A DNA stretch of 64,000 nt from Marsupella aquatica (Eukaryota > Plantae > Marchantiophyta): positions 13,171,659 to 13,235,658 of the forward strand of contig OZ316898.1 of the NCBI GenBank assembly GCA_973895155.1. Reading direction: 5' to 3'. A program made the translations under genes and the position numbers. Shown here piece after piece: positions 38,933 to 50,900 of the stretch. A model generated the notes under the pieces. It was not told where the DNA came from, did no database searches, and saw nothing but the letters and a program-made list of their open reading frames with translations. The number at the start of each line of letters is the position of its first letter. Position 1 is the stretch's first letter.

Positions 38933-41900
38933 TCAATTGCAGCAAACTAATCTCAAACTAATCTCTACACCTCGATCTGCTTCCTCTTCCTCCTGCTCCT
39001 CGTCTTCATCTGCATCATCATCATTCTTGGCCGTGGTTGTAATGATGCAAGGTCCGGTGGTGAGAGTGCTTGTCATACCACCAATCGGTGGTTGTATCTC
39101 AAAACTCATCGGCCCTGTACCCTCCTCAATTGCTTCCTCATTCAAGTCCCATGATTCATCCAGCGTGACTAGTCGAGTCTGGATACAATCTATCTGTTGA
39201 GCACTCAACTCCACAGCTGTAACATGTCGCTGTGCCAACAAAGCCCCACACGAAGTGGACCCACTTCCGGCGCATAAATCAACAATCTAATCTCCTTCTT
39301 CACTAAAATGCTTGATGAACCAATCTGCAAGGGCTATCGGCTTTTGGTATGGATTCACTACGTCCCCTAAGGGTGTTACACATTTTTTGGTAACGCAAGG
39401 TACCTTGATGATGTTGATTCTTTTCTCATCATGCTCGAAATTGTACATTTCCTTGGTCCTGATACCACCTTCATTATAATATCCAATGGACCAGTTCTCA
39501 AACGCCCAAGCTAGCCTATTCCCGGAGGGGTGTGCATGTACATTTGGCTTCTCCCAAATTCCTGCCTCAACTCCAGCGTTGCAAGTCTTTCCCAAAGCAT
39601 TCAAAACGGAGACACTTTGTTGCAACGAATGAATAACAACAAACCTCCACATAGGTGAAGTAGTCACCTCAGCAAAACATTTCACCATATCAATAATATC
39701 TTTCTCCGAAAATGGAACTTCATCATTCTCAGAGCCGACGACATTGAATCCATAAGGAATGTCGGCGATTGCAAGTGTGTAAGGCCGTTTCTCCAAGAAC
39801 CTATCAAGCGCCCGGACATCTCCACAGTGGAGAGTATAGTTGATAAAATTTCCATCAGAATTTTTCCAACAATGGTCGCTTGATTCCGCTTGAACAGTGT
39901 CAATGCCAATCCGACGATTATAATTCTCAATAGCTTCCTGAACCATATTCTTAAAACTAGGGGAGATAACATCCGAACTAAGCTCCTCCTCTGCCGTCTC
40001 CTCGCCATCATTTGACACTTGAACCATTTTGTTCTTCTTCTTTGAGAAGGCTTTCAACTACAAAACATCAAGGCACCAGTCAGATTTAAATGATAAAACT
40101 ATGCATTGAATACCAAGAGGGATACCGAGTATCCCATTCGGTATCCGACTAAATAAATCCGGTGAATCATGCTTCTAACCCTCAAGCTCCAACTTGAATC
40201 CCAAATGGGATACGGGGTATCCCATTTCGGATTCCACCTAGGGAAAATAAAAGAAACAACGCTAACATAGCCAAAACCCGAGGTCAAATCCCAAACAGGA
40301 TACGGGGTATCCCATTTCGGATTCCACCTAGGGAAAATCAAAGGAACAACTTGAATAGAGCCAAAATTGATTGTGAATCCCAAATGGGATACGCGTATCC
40401 AGTTTTGAATTCAACCTTTGAAAACACAAAATGAAAACATCCAATGCAAGCTGAATCAACTTACCACATCCGAGAGTTTGCCACTCCATCTTTCGAGCTC
40501 CACAGACTGCGTCTCCTTGGAAAACATCTGTTTACAAGTCGCCCAGTCTGGTTGGCCAGACAATTGCACAAATAGTTTACTAATCTTCACAAGCTTCTTG
40601 TAACTTTTGGCCTCTTTGGCCATCTGCTCTAGACTGATCATTCGATCCTTAACTCGAAGGAGAAGGGATTCCAAAAACTGGTCGTGCTCAATCCCTTGGA
40701 TCGCTCTCCAAGGTGTCAACGCTAGCCCATTTGCTAGCTTGTTCAAAGGTTTCACAATGGGCACGGCCTTTCGCTTGGACCCTTTTTTCACTATTTTCAC
40801 AGGGGATTTTTGTTTGTTCTGCCCTTTGATCTCAAATCTGTTCCACATGTCAAAGATCTGGTCTTGGAGGTCCCAAACTTTTCCAGATCTAAATGATATC
40901 TCGAAAAGTGGTTCGTGCTTCTTCAATGTTTTCCCAACCCTTGGAATGAAGCCATCAAGACACACCTCCGACGCACAGGCCTCTCTAGTCTCTTTCGTTT
41001 TTTGCATACCTCTGGCAATGAAGACCTTATGCATCGTTCAGTTTTGATTGATATTGTTCATCTTTTTCCGATACTCCTGGTCAATATTGTGTTGAATACT
41101 CAGTTTCTGGACGTCAGCCCTTGTAAGCCCTGCATAGACCCAAGCTTGAAGTTCGTTGAAGATTTCCCGACCATAAGCCTCAAACAATTCTCTCTTGGCT
41201 CGCGCTCCGTGATTACCCCCAATTACCCGGTATCTCCAGGTCGATGCCTTGGCCGGGTCCCAATCTTCAACGGACGGACAATCTTCAGGGATAACAAACA
41301 GCACAAATGGCGTCGTGAAATTTGTTGGATTCAGCTTCATCAAAGTCTTGATATTTTTGACATGCAAACGATCAACAGTCCAAACCAACGTGGAGTTCTC
41401 ATCCTTCATGTTATCGACCAGGAGGAGGTTTGTTGTTTTCAGAATGACTATGGTCTTCTGAACTCTTTTTGTCTCCATTAATCGAGATACTTCTTCCCTT
41501 AGAACTAACGTCTCTTCACGTTGTAGGGCCGTAGTCAGTTCATTCATTGAATCTTCCTTGCTCTCAACAATCATCGGACCCTTCCCCTTGGATGTGATGG
41601 ATGGCCCACCTTGTGAAGTTGGAGGAATCTCACCTACCGATCTCAGAGGCGAAGGAGGAGCTGTTGACACTACTCTCTTTTGGATTTCTCGTTGATCCAA
41701 CTTAGTCTTCTTTTTGGCAGGATCTTCTGAGACAGTGGCACCTGATCCTTCCCCAGATTTTCCAACAGATGTTGCTGGTGCTTTCTTCTTGTTCTTTGGC
41801 TCAAAAACTGCCTTCTCTTTTGTTGTGGTTGTCTCCGAATCCTCCACTGTCCCAGACGGATTAGTTGGCCTGTGTATCTTCAACTTCAATGGAGTTCTTT

Positions 41901-42423
41901 CCGGACCCTTAAAGTCTTCTCCAACCACTGAGCGATACGCAATTTTGGTGAAGTCCCGCACCACCTTCCACGACGTTAAGGCATAATTCAAGCACCAAAA
42001 TGAAAATGTATCCACATCAGGCACCTCCGCCACGAGCTGAGTGATCGAGTCCTCCGGAAATATATTCATGGAGACTCAATCAAGTTTCTCATAGTTTAGA
42101 ACCAACACAAAGAAGGTCTTGTCAACACCAATGCAAAGAAACATTGGTACCAACTTAACTTTCTTGGTTTTTGTATCAACAATGTCCGCCTTGGCTGTGT
42201 CAATCACCAATCCTTGGTGGCAATGCTCTTTACCCTTCACGACAATCAACCATAACGCTGGGCCTGAATATGCTCGATGAAGATCAAGCTCACGAGCATC
42301 ATGCAAATACCACTTGTTCCTGAGGAATTTCTCCTCAACATAGAGATCCTTTTTCCAGATCTCATGGATGATGGCTTGTGGGGAAGAGCCAGAAGAACCC
42401 AAAGCACTTGACTTGTTCGACAT
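38933..42423 (-). pseudogene. Element A ParB-like + beta-class amino-DNA-methyltransferase gene (intron 40464-40058)
   Basis: YRVIGGNHGARA; IADIPY; NPYQKPIALADWF...IVDLCAGSG; a few stops and frameshifts. Confidence 0.85.
40105..40415. repeat. Palindrome array type I x4, in A ParB-MTase intron
   Basis: Cores at 40119, 40207, 40297, 40386. Confidence 0.9.
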
Positions 42424-42499
42424 CCTGCGTAGAACAAACCACCTGTTAGAATTTCAAGCCTAATATGGTCCAATTAGGCAACAAGTCCATAATCCAATG

Positions 42500-42905
42500 T
42501 GTGAATGCGAGATGGGATACGCGGTATCCCTCTTCGTATCCAACCGCTCATATTCCGGCTCTTTCAGAGAGAAAGCATGAAATCTTGGAGATGAATGCGA
42601 AGTGGGATACCACGTATCCCACTTCGTATCCAACCGCTCCTATTCCGGCTCTTTCATAGAGAAAGCATGAAATCTTGGAGATGAATGCGAAGTGGGATAC
42701 CGCGTATCCCACTTCCGATTCAACCCCTTAGTTGCGCTGAGAAATATGAAAAACTTTGAAGATTTGCATGTTGAATGCGAAGTGGGATACAGGGTATCCC
42801 ACTTCGTATTCATCCCCAAATCTCAGTGCATTTTACTTCTCAAACAAGAATTTGGCCAAAGTGAATGCAAAGTGGGATACGCGGTATCCCACTTCGGATT
42901 CATCC
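42500..42905. repeat. Palindrome array type I x5, exact 90-bp period, upstream of A ParB-MTase start
   Basis: Cores at 42514, 42604, 42694, 42784, 42874. Confidence 0.92.
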
Positions 42906-44180
42906 TCCCACATTGTCTCAAAATGGAGTGTAGACTGTATTCTCACCTGGTGAAGGATTGTCTGCCGAGCGAATACGAATGTCTATAGAGATCGAGGATT
43001 TGGAAAGAGTGAGAGGTGGCGCAAGCGATAAGAAATGAGCGTACCTTTTTTTTGGGGGGGGGGCACTCTTATTTATACTTTTTCCCCTCACTATGTAACA
43101 AGGGAGTTAGTTACTCGCAATAGTCGCATGAAATACTCGCGGCAAATCTAGTATGCGTTACGACCATTTCATTTTACTATGTTTGAAGAATGTTTTACGG
43201 AAAAATATAGTGGGGTAATCCGATATGGGATACCCTCATTCGGATGCTATTGGCAACAAGAAACTAAAGGTTTGGAAGCCAGCCAGGGCAATATGTTGAG
43301 AATCTGAGTTTGGCCCAAAGATGTGCCACAAAAGATAGTAAATATTGATTCATGAAAAATATTTTTACAAGTAGCTCACCATGAGCACACCTAAACATGA
43401 ATGATAGAACAGGAATCAAGCTAACCCTCAAGTTTGTCCATATATTTCCACTAGGCTAGCTTGCTAATCTTTCTCTAGATTTACCCAGTCCCCTTGAAAT
43501 CGACTTAGTTCTAATGTCGAAAACAAACCAAGGAAATCAATTGGGGGAAGATTCAAAATTTCCATCCTAAAAAAGTTTGCGAGATGAACATTCTAAAGTG
43601 GGTCTCCATGGGGAACGCTATCAAGCAATTCATTTAATCCCTCAAACTGGCTTCGTGCTAGTCGTAGGAGACCCCATACTCGTGTACAAACTACAAGATG
43701 GTTCCATTTTTTTTAGGAGGATCCCAGCCAAATCATTTCTTTTAGTCGGTTGAGTCTATCTTCAGCCGAGATCTTGGAAGAATCAAATTTGTCCTCAATG
43801 CAAGAAACTTTCAAAATTGGCCATATGAATGTTTCAACAATCTCATCAGGTTGTCCATCCAAAAGTAGTCCGGATTCTCTTCGGCCCTGTTTCTGCTCAA
43901 TTTGTTTCTTCTTCTCTTTCTCAAATATGGTCGCTAACCTTGCGAAGACAAGGTTTTGAGGGACGGCCATTCCAAACCAGTTTGACAAAAAAAAAGAAAT
44001 ACCTGGAGTGATAGAGAAAATGGAGAAGTTCTCTTTTTGAAGAACCTACAAAACCGGGATCAAAAGATTCAATATATTACTTTATTTCTTTGATCAAAAG
44101 AAAAACATCATGTCTAATCTTTGTGAGCCAAGAATAATGAACAAGACTCCAAATATTTGTGAGCCAAGAATAAAAAAGAT

Positions 44181-44507
44181 TCAATGGGAAGAGTTAACCG
44201 AAGGATCTTCGTTCCAAATTTGACAACACAAGTATGCCAATCGATGATACTTGTTTTGATCATCACGACAATAATTACACGAAGAATCAACAGAATGCAG
44301 ACAACCACTCAAATAAATTCTTGACCGAATTGGAACTCCTTGCTCATTCTTTTTGCAAAACTCAATTCGGAGCGGATTGAGACTATCTCGAGGATCTACG
44401 CCTCCCATCCAAAGCGCTCCTAATCCAATAGGAAGCACTTTGAGTTCAACTAATCTCTTATACAATCGACGGGCACGTTTTTCTCGGTTTTGAATCTGGA
44501 CCGTCAT
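44181..44507 (-). CDS. Element A small Cys-rich ORF of unknown function (probably part of a multi-exon gene extending to ~43300)
   Basis: GCLHSVDSSCNYC...YLCCQIW; conserved in B at 19640-19778 + 25022-25209. Confidence 0.6.
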   Translation of the reverse strand: MTVQIQNREKRARRLYKRLVELKVLPIGLGALWMGGVDPRDSLNPLRIEFCKKNEQGVPIRSRIYLSGCLHSVDSSCNYCRDDQNKYHRLAYLCCQIWNEDPSVNSSH

Positions 44508-44684
44508 TGAACTCACGGTTGAAAATGTAAGTCTCAAAGAAAGCTAAAGCTTTAATAGTTCGTCACTCCAAAATGGCAGGCTCGAAGGAAGCAAGAGCTT
44601 CTATCAAAGTTGATCAGAACCTAGCCTGCAAAACCATTGTCAATACTTGAGATATCTTTTGCCATCGCAAAAAAGTTATTGCTG

Positions 44685-44980
44685 AATACCCGAAGGGATA
44701 CGCCGTATCCCACTTTGCATTCAAACTTCGCCTTTTGGACCTAACCTGATTGATATTTAGAGGTTGAATACCATATGGGATACCAGGTATCCCACTTTGC
44801 ATTCAACATTGAAATTTCCTGCATTTTTCAACCAAGAGCTTCTTATGTAGAGGTTGGATGCGAAGTGGGATACCCGACACTTGGCATCCAACCTCTTTTT
44901 CTCATGTTTCGTTATGCCATAACTGGATTTTTCAAGATTGAATCCCAAATCGGATACGCCGTATCCCATTTGGGATTCAT
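44685..44980. repeat. Palindrome array type I x4, upstream of A Cys-rich ORF
   Basis: Cores at ~44695, 44777, 44867, 44951. Confidence 0.85.
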
Positions 44981-45470
44981 CCTCATGATTTCCAAAAAGA
45001 TATATTACTCACCTATTTTTGTAGTCTGACTTGGGGGATACGAATATGCATACAGAGTGTGGATTCGTCGGGAGCAAGCGAATGCGGGAGCAAGAGGAAA
45101 TGAGACAAAAAAATTGAGTCGGGACTCTCCTATTTATAGTTTCCCCCCGACCATGGTCAGTTTCTAACCATAGTTTCGTCATAGTTGATTAAAAGTGACC
45201 ATTAAAAGGAATTCTCTAGGAATATTCTTGATGGGTAAACCGTACTCACCCCTTTTACTGCGTTTGTTGGTTTTTTTTTTTGAAAACTACGGTGGAATCC
45301 AAAATGGCATACGCCGTATCCCTGCTTTGGATTCAAGTCATTTTTTCCCATTTTAAAAATCTAAAATCTGGGTTATTAGAGGGAATACTAATTCAGTATC
45401 CAACACTTTTTTGCCTTACAATAGAATTTTTTTCCGCTGCGGGCAAAACGAGCGGGTCACTATGTTTACA

Positions 45471-46006
45471 GCTTATTTGGTAAATTTCTCTCCATCAAGT
45501 TCTATTGGATTCAAGACGCCATTTGAAATGAGGTACGGGTGTCCAGCAGATTACTCACATCTAAGGATTTTTGGATGTGATGCTTATGTGCTTACACCTT
45601 CCCAGCTTCGATCCAAGTTGGAGTCCAAGTCAAAGAAGTGCATTTTCCTTGGCTATCAAAAAGGTGTGAAGGGTTATAGGTTATGAGATCCAATAACCTG
45701 TAAGCTATATGTCAGTAGAGATGTGTCCTTTAATGAATCCATATCATCAAAGGAGGGGGAGAATTCTCAGGACTCCCATACTGACAAGGGGAAATCTCCC
45801 ATCCCGGACCGGGTTGAGGGGGAGATTAGTCATGATGATTTTTATGACAAGAGAGATGGAGAAGCTCCGGGCATGGAGCTAGTTCTTGTGATGGAACAAG
45901 AGGAGTAAATTGTTGTTGGGGTACCTCAAATTCAGCCAGCAGTAGCAGCAGATCAGCCTGAATCATCTACTAGAAGAACTTTCAGTCGTTCTATTAGAGC
46001 TCTTAC
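45471..46006 (+). pseudogene. Copia integrase C-terminal region between elements A and C
   Basis: AYLVNFSPSSSIGFKTPFEM...HLRIFGCDAY...KCIFLGY continues the frame broken at 15312. Confidence 0.9.
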
Positions 46007-46714
46007 ATCACTATTTTCATTAAAACTGTACTTTTAAAAGTCCAAAATATGAACCCTAAAGTTGTTTTTTTTGGGCCAAATTTCTTTTAAATCATTCCCA
46101 AATTTTATTTTATTTTAGCCCAAATATGCACTTTTGAATGCCCAAATTTTTGTTTTTTTCACCCAAATATTTAATAATAACTTAAATCATATATTCTAAT
46201 TAATTTATAAATTAAAATAAATTTGATTCAGTCCAAAAATCAGAGGCCAATACCACTCAAACCATAGATTAAAAATATCTATGATGATAAATCAAGGGTC
46301 ATAATGAGATTGATCCACAATATAATTAATAAATTGTCCAGTCCAGTGAGAGAGCCTCACACTAAGCATATTCTAATTGTTTACTTTATCCTACATGTTC
46401 CAAACATATCCTTTGACATAATATGAATGCACAATTCAGGGTAGGCACTAGAGCAACCCTATCTCCTAATGATCAAGACAAAACTCATTTGAACAAGAAA
46501 GTCTGCTTCCTGATCTATCATAGCGGATGTCACGGTTGCAAGTATCTCTCGCATGATGGTTCTTAAACTTATTGGTGAGATCCCTAGTTCTTAGAACTTT
46601 CCAAATAAAATGCCTTCTATTTTGTCTATGAGGACCAGAATAGTTGTCTCCAAGTATAGCATTTGCAATTTCTTCGATCTCATCCGTGGTCCACATTTCT
46701 AGTGGTGGGTAATG

Positions 46715-47515
46715 CTACACCTCCTCCTTTTCGTCCCAAGGAATCTCTTCAGGAGTCACATCCAAGATGGTTCCAAACTCCTTATGGATACAACAACAAT
46801 CTCCCCACTTCACCTCCAAAAGAGCATAGATGGCAACATGATCCTCCTTGCTTGTTAATAAATTGAACATAGACCACTTTGGATTGTTGATAGTGATATA
46901 ATGTTGAACACAGTAGGCCTTTCTCAATTTGCAAAGATACGGCCATAATATCTCGGGCAAAAAAGTGTCATTCAAAGCTGTGTGAGTAAATGGATTTGGA
47001 AACAATCCATTCAAGTCATAATTCAAAAATGCCTTCAATGGAGAATCATCAATAAGAACTGTATTAGAAGCATCATATTTTTCTGGAAAACGGTCCCAAA
47101 TGGTTTGCAGATTCTTCAAAAGTAAGTTGGCCTTCCCGTCTGTTATATCTGGCCTTTGGATGCAACTATCAAAGGTATCTTCTTGAGTAAAGACAAACTT
47201 GAACTTCTGTCGCTCCTCCTCAGTGAAAATCATCTCCATTAAGTCCATTGTTTTTGGCCTCCTCGCACAGGTCCAAATTGTGACGTCAAAAGCCATGAAA
47301 GCTGCATATAGCAATTCATGGAGGTAGGGGCGCTCCACATACATGAAATTAAACCCTCCACGTCTCCCCCAGTGCACACCACGTAAACTTGTCTGATTTC
47401 GCCATGGTCCTGAGCTTATGGTCTTAATGCAATCCCAACAAATCTTGTTAAGATCAAGAACCAAGAGCTTTCGCCGGATCGAAGAGTGTAGTATTGGAGT
47501 GAAGTCTGGAAACAT
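46715..47515 (-). CDS. Element C FCP1/SCP (NIF)-like HAD phosphatase domain
   Basis: KLLVLDLN; ERPYLHELL; VTIWTCA; LKNLQTIW; NTVLIDDSPLKA. Confidence 0.8.
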   Translation of the reverse strand: MFPDFTPILHSSIRRKLLVLDLNKICWDCIKTISSGPWRNQTSLRGVHWGRRGGFNFMYVERPYLHELLYAAFMAFDVTIWTCARRPKTMDLMEMIFTEEERQKFKFVFTQEDTFDSCIQRPDITDGKANLLLKNLQTIWDRFPEKYDASNTVLIDDSPLKAFLNYDLNGLFPNPFTHTALNDTFLPEILWPYLCKLRKAYCVQHYITINNPKWSMFNLLTSKEDHVAIYALLEVKWGDCCCIHKEFGTILDVTPEEIPWDEKEEV

Positions 47516-47918
47516 TAAAATAAGCCCTTAGTCAATGTGACTCAAAGTTTAAACAATTACTACCGAGGAAAAATCTCAAAATTTGAAATCAAACAAACTT
47601 TGTTATAACATTTGAAGGAGAGAGGAACGACCCTGGGGCGACCCTCCTAGAAAAACAATTATATTCAAAATTTGCTATTTTTTAGATCCAAGGTATACCT
47701 GGGTCAAACCCTTCCTCCACAGCAACGCTTTCCGAGGGAATGCCATTAAAATCATTTGAGGAAGGAGATTTTACGATGCAACTTTGGTCTGTAAAAAAGT
47801 ATATTATTACAAAATAAAGCTTAGATTGTCATTAAAATACCAAGAACCAAAGAAAAGGCTAATAATTTCCGATGTTAAAATGCCCAAATTCATCTATCGT
47901 TTGATCACCTAGAACACT

Positions 47919-50900
47919 CTATATCTCAGAGTTGATGCCACCGGGAAGTTGCTCTTCAAAGGATGGGGGTGCAAAAATTGGGCTCAATCTCAAGTTCATT
48001 TTTTTGTAATCTGATTTTTCCATTATCTTTGGACCTTCGTCTAGTGATTCTATCATTCCAACCTTTGGTCCATTTCTCCATATGAAATGAGTTGCACGAC
48101 GGACTGTTTTCATATATCTAGTCCTGCCTATCTCGGATCCAGAATTTTGTGAAAATGATAATACTACAAGGCTTCCTGAAGAAGCACTTGTAAAAACCAA
48201 TTTACTCCCTGATGAGCAATATAGAGGAGACAGGGGAGGAGTTGAAGCACCTGCCTTCTCTTCTTCATGTGCTACGGTCTCAGGCACTTGGCGATCATCC
48301 TCCTTTGCAAGTGCAATGTCTGGCATTTCTTCAAATTCTACTCCTCCAATATTGCCTAGATCACCTGCGGTTGCCTTCCATTGTGCGTCCAATGTGGACG
48401 ATGTAAGATCTGGGTCCGATTGGTGCATCCAATTCTCTACACCAGCAAAGGGATTTTTTGGTGGGTCGCCCTCAGGTCGACCCACAACATCTGTCAACCC
48501 CACACCAAAGTAGGGAGTACCTACCACTTGTGTTCCACGGTCATCCAAATTTCTGGTGACCCTGTCGTCTGTCGTGACCCAATTCTCCTTCCTCAATCTC
48601 ATCTTCACCCTGCTCTACGCCTTCTTTGGCGCCAACACGCTCGAAAACCACATCGCAGGATCTGCCAAATTTGGAACCACCCATCCCATGACTCGTTATG
48701 GAAGGAACCTTCTCGAAGAGAACCCTTCCATATGCTTGAGTGAAATCATATTCGTCCTCAGTGTCTGAATACGCAAAGCATTCTCTGAAACACAACAAGG
48801 ACACCTTCATAACCTGTCCTCCCGAGAAAAAGTCAAGGATAGTTTCCCCTTCAGTTAAAAAAAATTCAATAATACTCTGCAGTATACATTTTGGCTTAGC
48901 GTGAATATTCACAAAGCCACCTCTACTTCCCACCATCTCAAACATGGGAGCCTTTTGCAAGAAATCTCCAATGTGAAATGTCGCAGTTGACTCGGCCTCT
49001 GTCTCCTTACTTGTCTTACTCTTATTCTTATCTCGCTTCTCCATCTTGTCTCCCACTTGGAAATTAGGGTCTATCGCCAAATTGTAAGAAAATTGGCAAT
49101 TAAATCCAGGCCTGAACACTTGCTTCCAATCAAATTTCTCCTCAGTGGTGATTCCTGCAAAGATTATCTCCTCCATACCACAATTGAAAAGTAAGCCCTC
49201 TGGAACTGGTGTATCACTCCGTCGATAGCTCCCGTAATCAACGTGGATGTCCATTCCCTTTTCATGCTACAATTTCCTAAGGGCACTCAAAATGTTTGCA
49301 GCAAGTGGCCCCGGATGCACAGTCATGACAACAACAATTGTTGGATTTCTTGGAAGATCCACAATGTATTGCAGTAATGCAATAATTTCAGAATCAGTCC
49401 AAACATGTTGTCGGAGCCCCTACTGAAGTCAACAATGGCAAGAGGACACAAAGGCGAAGGCTCTTGTAGCATCTCCGGCCTGGTCGTCTTCATCAAATTA
49501 TCACTAAAAAATGTCAAGAAAGGCTCCATGCGGGAACGACCAATCCCACCAAATTCTTTACAATACAACCCATCTAGTCTAACCATCAGACTTTGCGCGA
49601 AACTCTCCTTGACCACGTTCTTCTTCAACAAATTGTTGAGGTAAACCTCACCCGTTGCTCTCCTCAACTTTGTCATCTCAAGCTCAGATTTCAAGGAAGG
49701 CAACAACGTCACTAGAGACTCCCAAGATGTGCCAACAGGAAACTTCTCACGATACATTTCCACAAAATAGCCAGTAATGATAGTTCTCAGTTTGGACATT
49801 ATCTTGATTGTAAGTGCCAAGTCTCTCATTGCGACAAGCTCTGATTTGTTGGTGATATCCTTCTTCATCAAGGCACGCTCCTCTTGAACGTCCTTCAAGA
49901 TCTCAATTATTTGTTCACTACTAATCTCTCCTTCAAAGCATCGAAAGGTATCGGGAACAATCGATTTTGGGGGTCTTGGCCCTCCATACCCACCAGCGCC
50001 ATCTTGGAGCTTCTCACTCAACCATTCTCCACACACATTCCGCCATAATTCAAAGAGCTCATCCTCGGCAAAAAGTAACCAATAAATGCTCTTCAAGCTT
50101 GACTTCCCCATTGTGACCTTTGCCAGGGAAAACCAATAAATTCTGCATATCCAATGGACTTGACATTAGTTTCAGGGTACAATGCATATGGTAGAAAGTT
50201 TATATCTAGATGTTTGAAACGGGCTAGGCCGCTTTGCCCTAAGGGCGAGGCAAACTTCTGCATCCAACCGCAATTGACAGAAATGGAACTCAAGCAATAT
50301 TCTTAGAGAGACTAGTCCAGGTTGCCTCACCCTCAGGGCAAGGCAAGCATTTGCTTTAATATTCTAACCAAGGAAAACAAGACAAGGTAGCCTCGCCCTA
50401 AGGGCGAGGCAAACCTCTACCCCAATCTTTAATCAAAGGGAATCAAGAATAGATTGCCTTGCTCAAAAATGTACCTGATAGTTTTTCCTGTCTGTATTTT
50501 GATTGGTCTCAATCCCTGGACGCGGCGGTTTCCCGCACTCCTCAAATTGCCTTCTTGCATAAACAATAGTCTCTAAAAAACAAGACTTAAATTGCAATAT
50601 TATTCACAGCGTTCGATAAACTTGAATGCTCAACCAAAATTGTCTTCGGAGTGAGGTCAGATAGGATCCTTTCTTTCCTATACTTTAGTTTGTTGGCTAG
50701 ATCTGTCAACTTGGCATCAGTGTCGGCCCACCCTTGGATCCATTGGGCAGCTCTTGCAGAATGCTGGCCACTGATGGCAAGGAATTGGATCTCCTGCTTC
50801 TTCACACCAATCAAAAACTCTTTCCTATCTTGAGGTGTGTTGTCATAATGAAGCAACTGTTGAGTGCTCTCATGATACGGAATCAAATCAGCAACTTGTG

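Larger units (their letters stand above)
15313..45466 (+). mobile_element. Element A: large Sola-like TIR DNA transposon (~12.7 kb excluding B) with ParB-like/MTase, Ulp1 and Cys-rich cargo
   Basis: 4-bp TSD TACA (15309-15312, 45467-45470); termini AACACGCTGACC / GGTCACTATGTT; removing it restores Copia WAEAVNTTAYLVN; colinear (inverted) with B. Confidence 0.9.

Noticed and set aside
42500-42905. CRISPR array (palindromic repeats with regular spacers)
   Set aside because: Plant intron/TE context, no cas genes, degenerate repeats with variable centres, and some spacers are duplicates of each other. Better explained as binding-site arrays.
15313-45466. One giant inverted repeat or segmental inversion
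   Set aside because: The inverted similarity is explained by B inserting in reverse into A; each has its own TSD.
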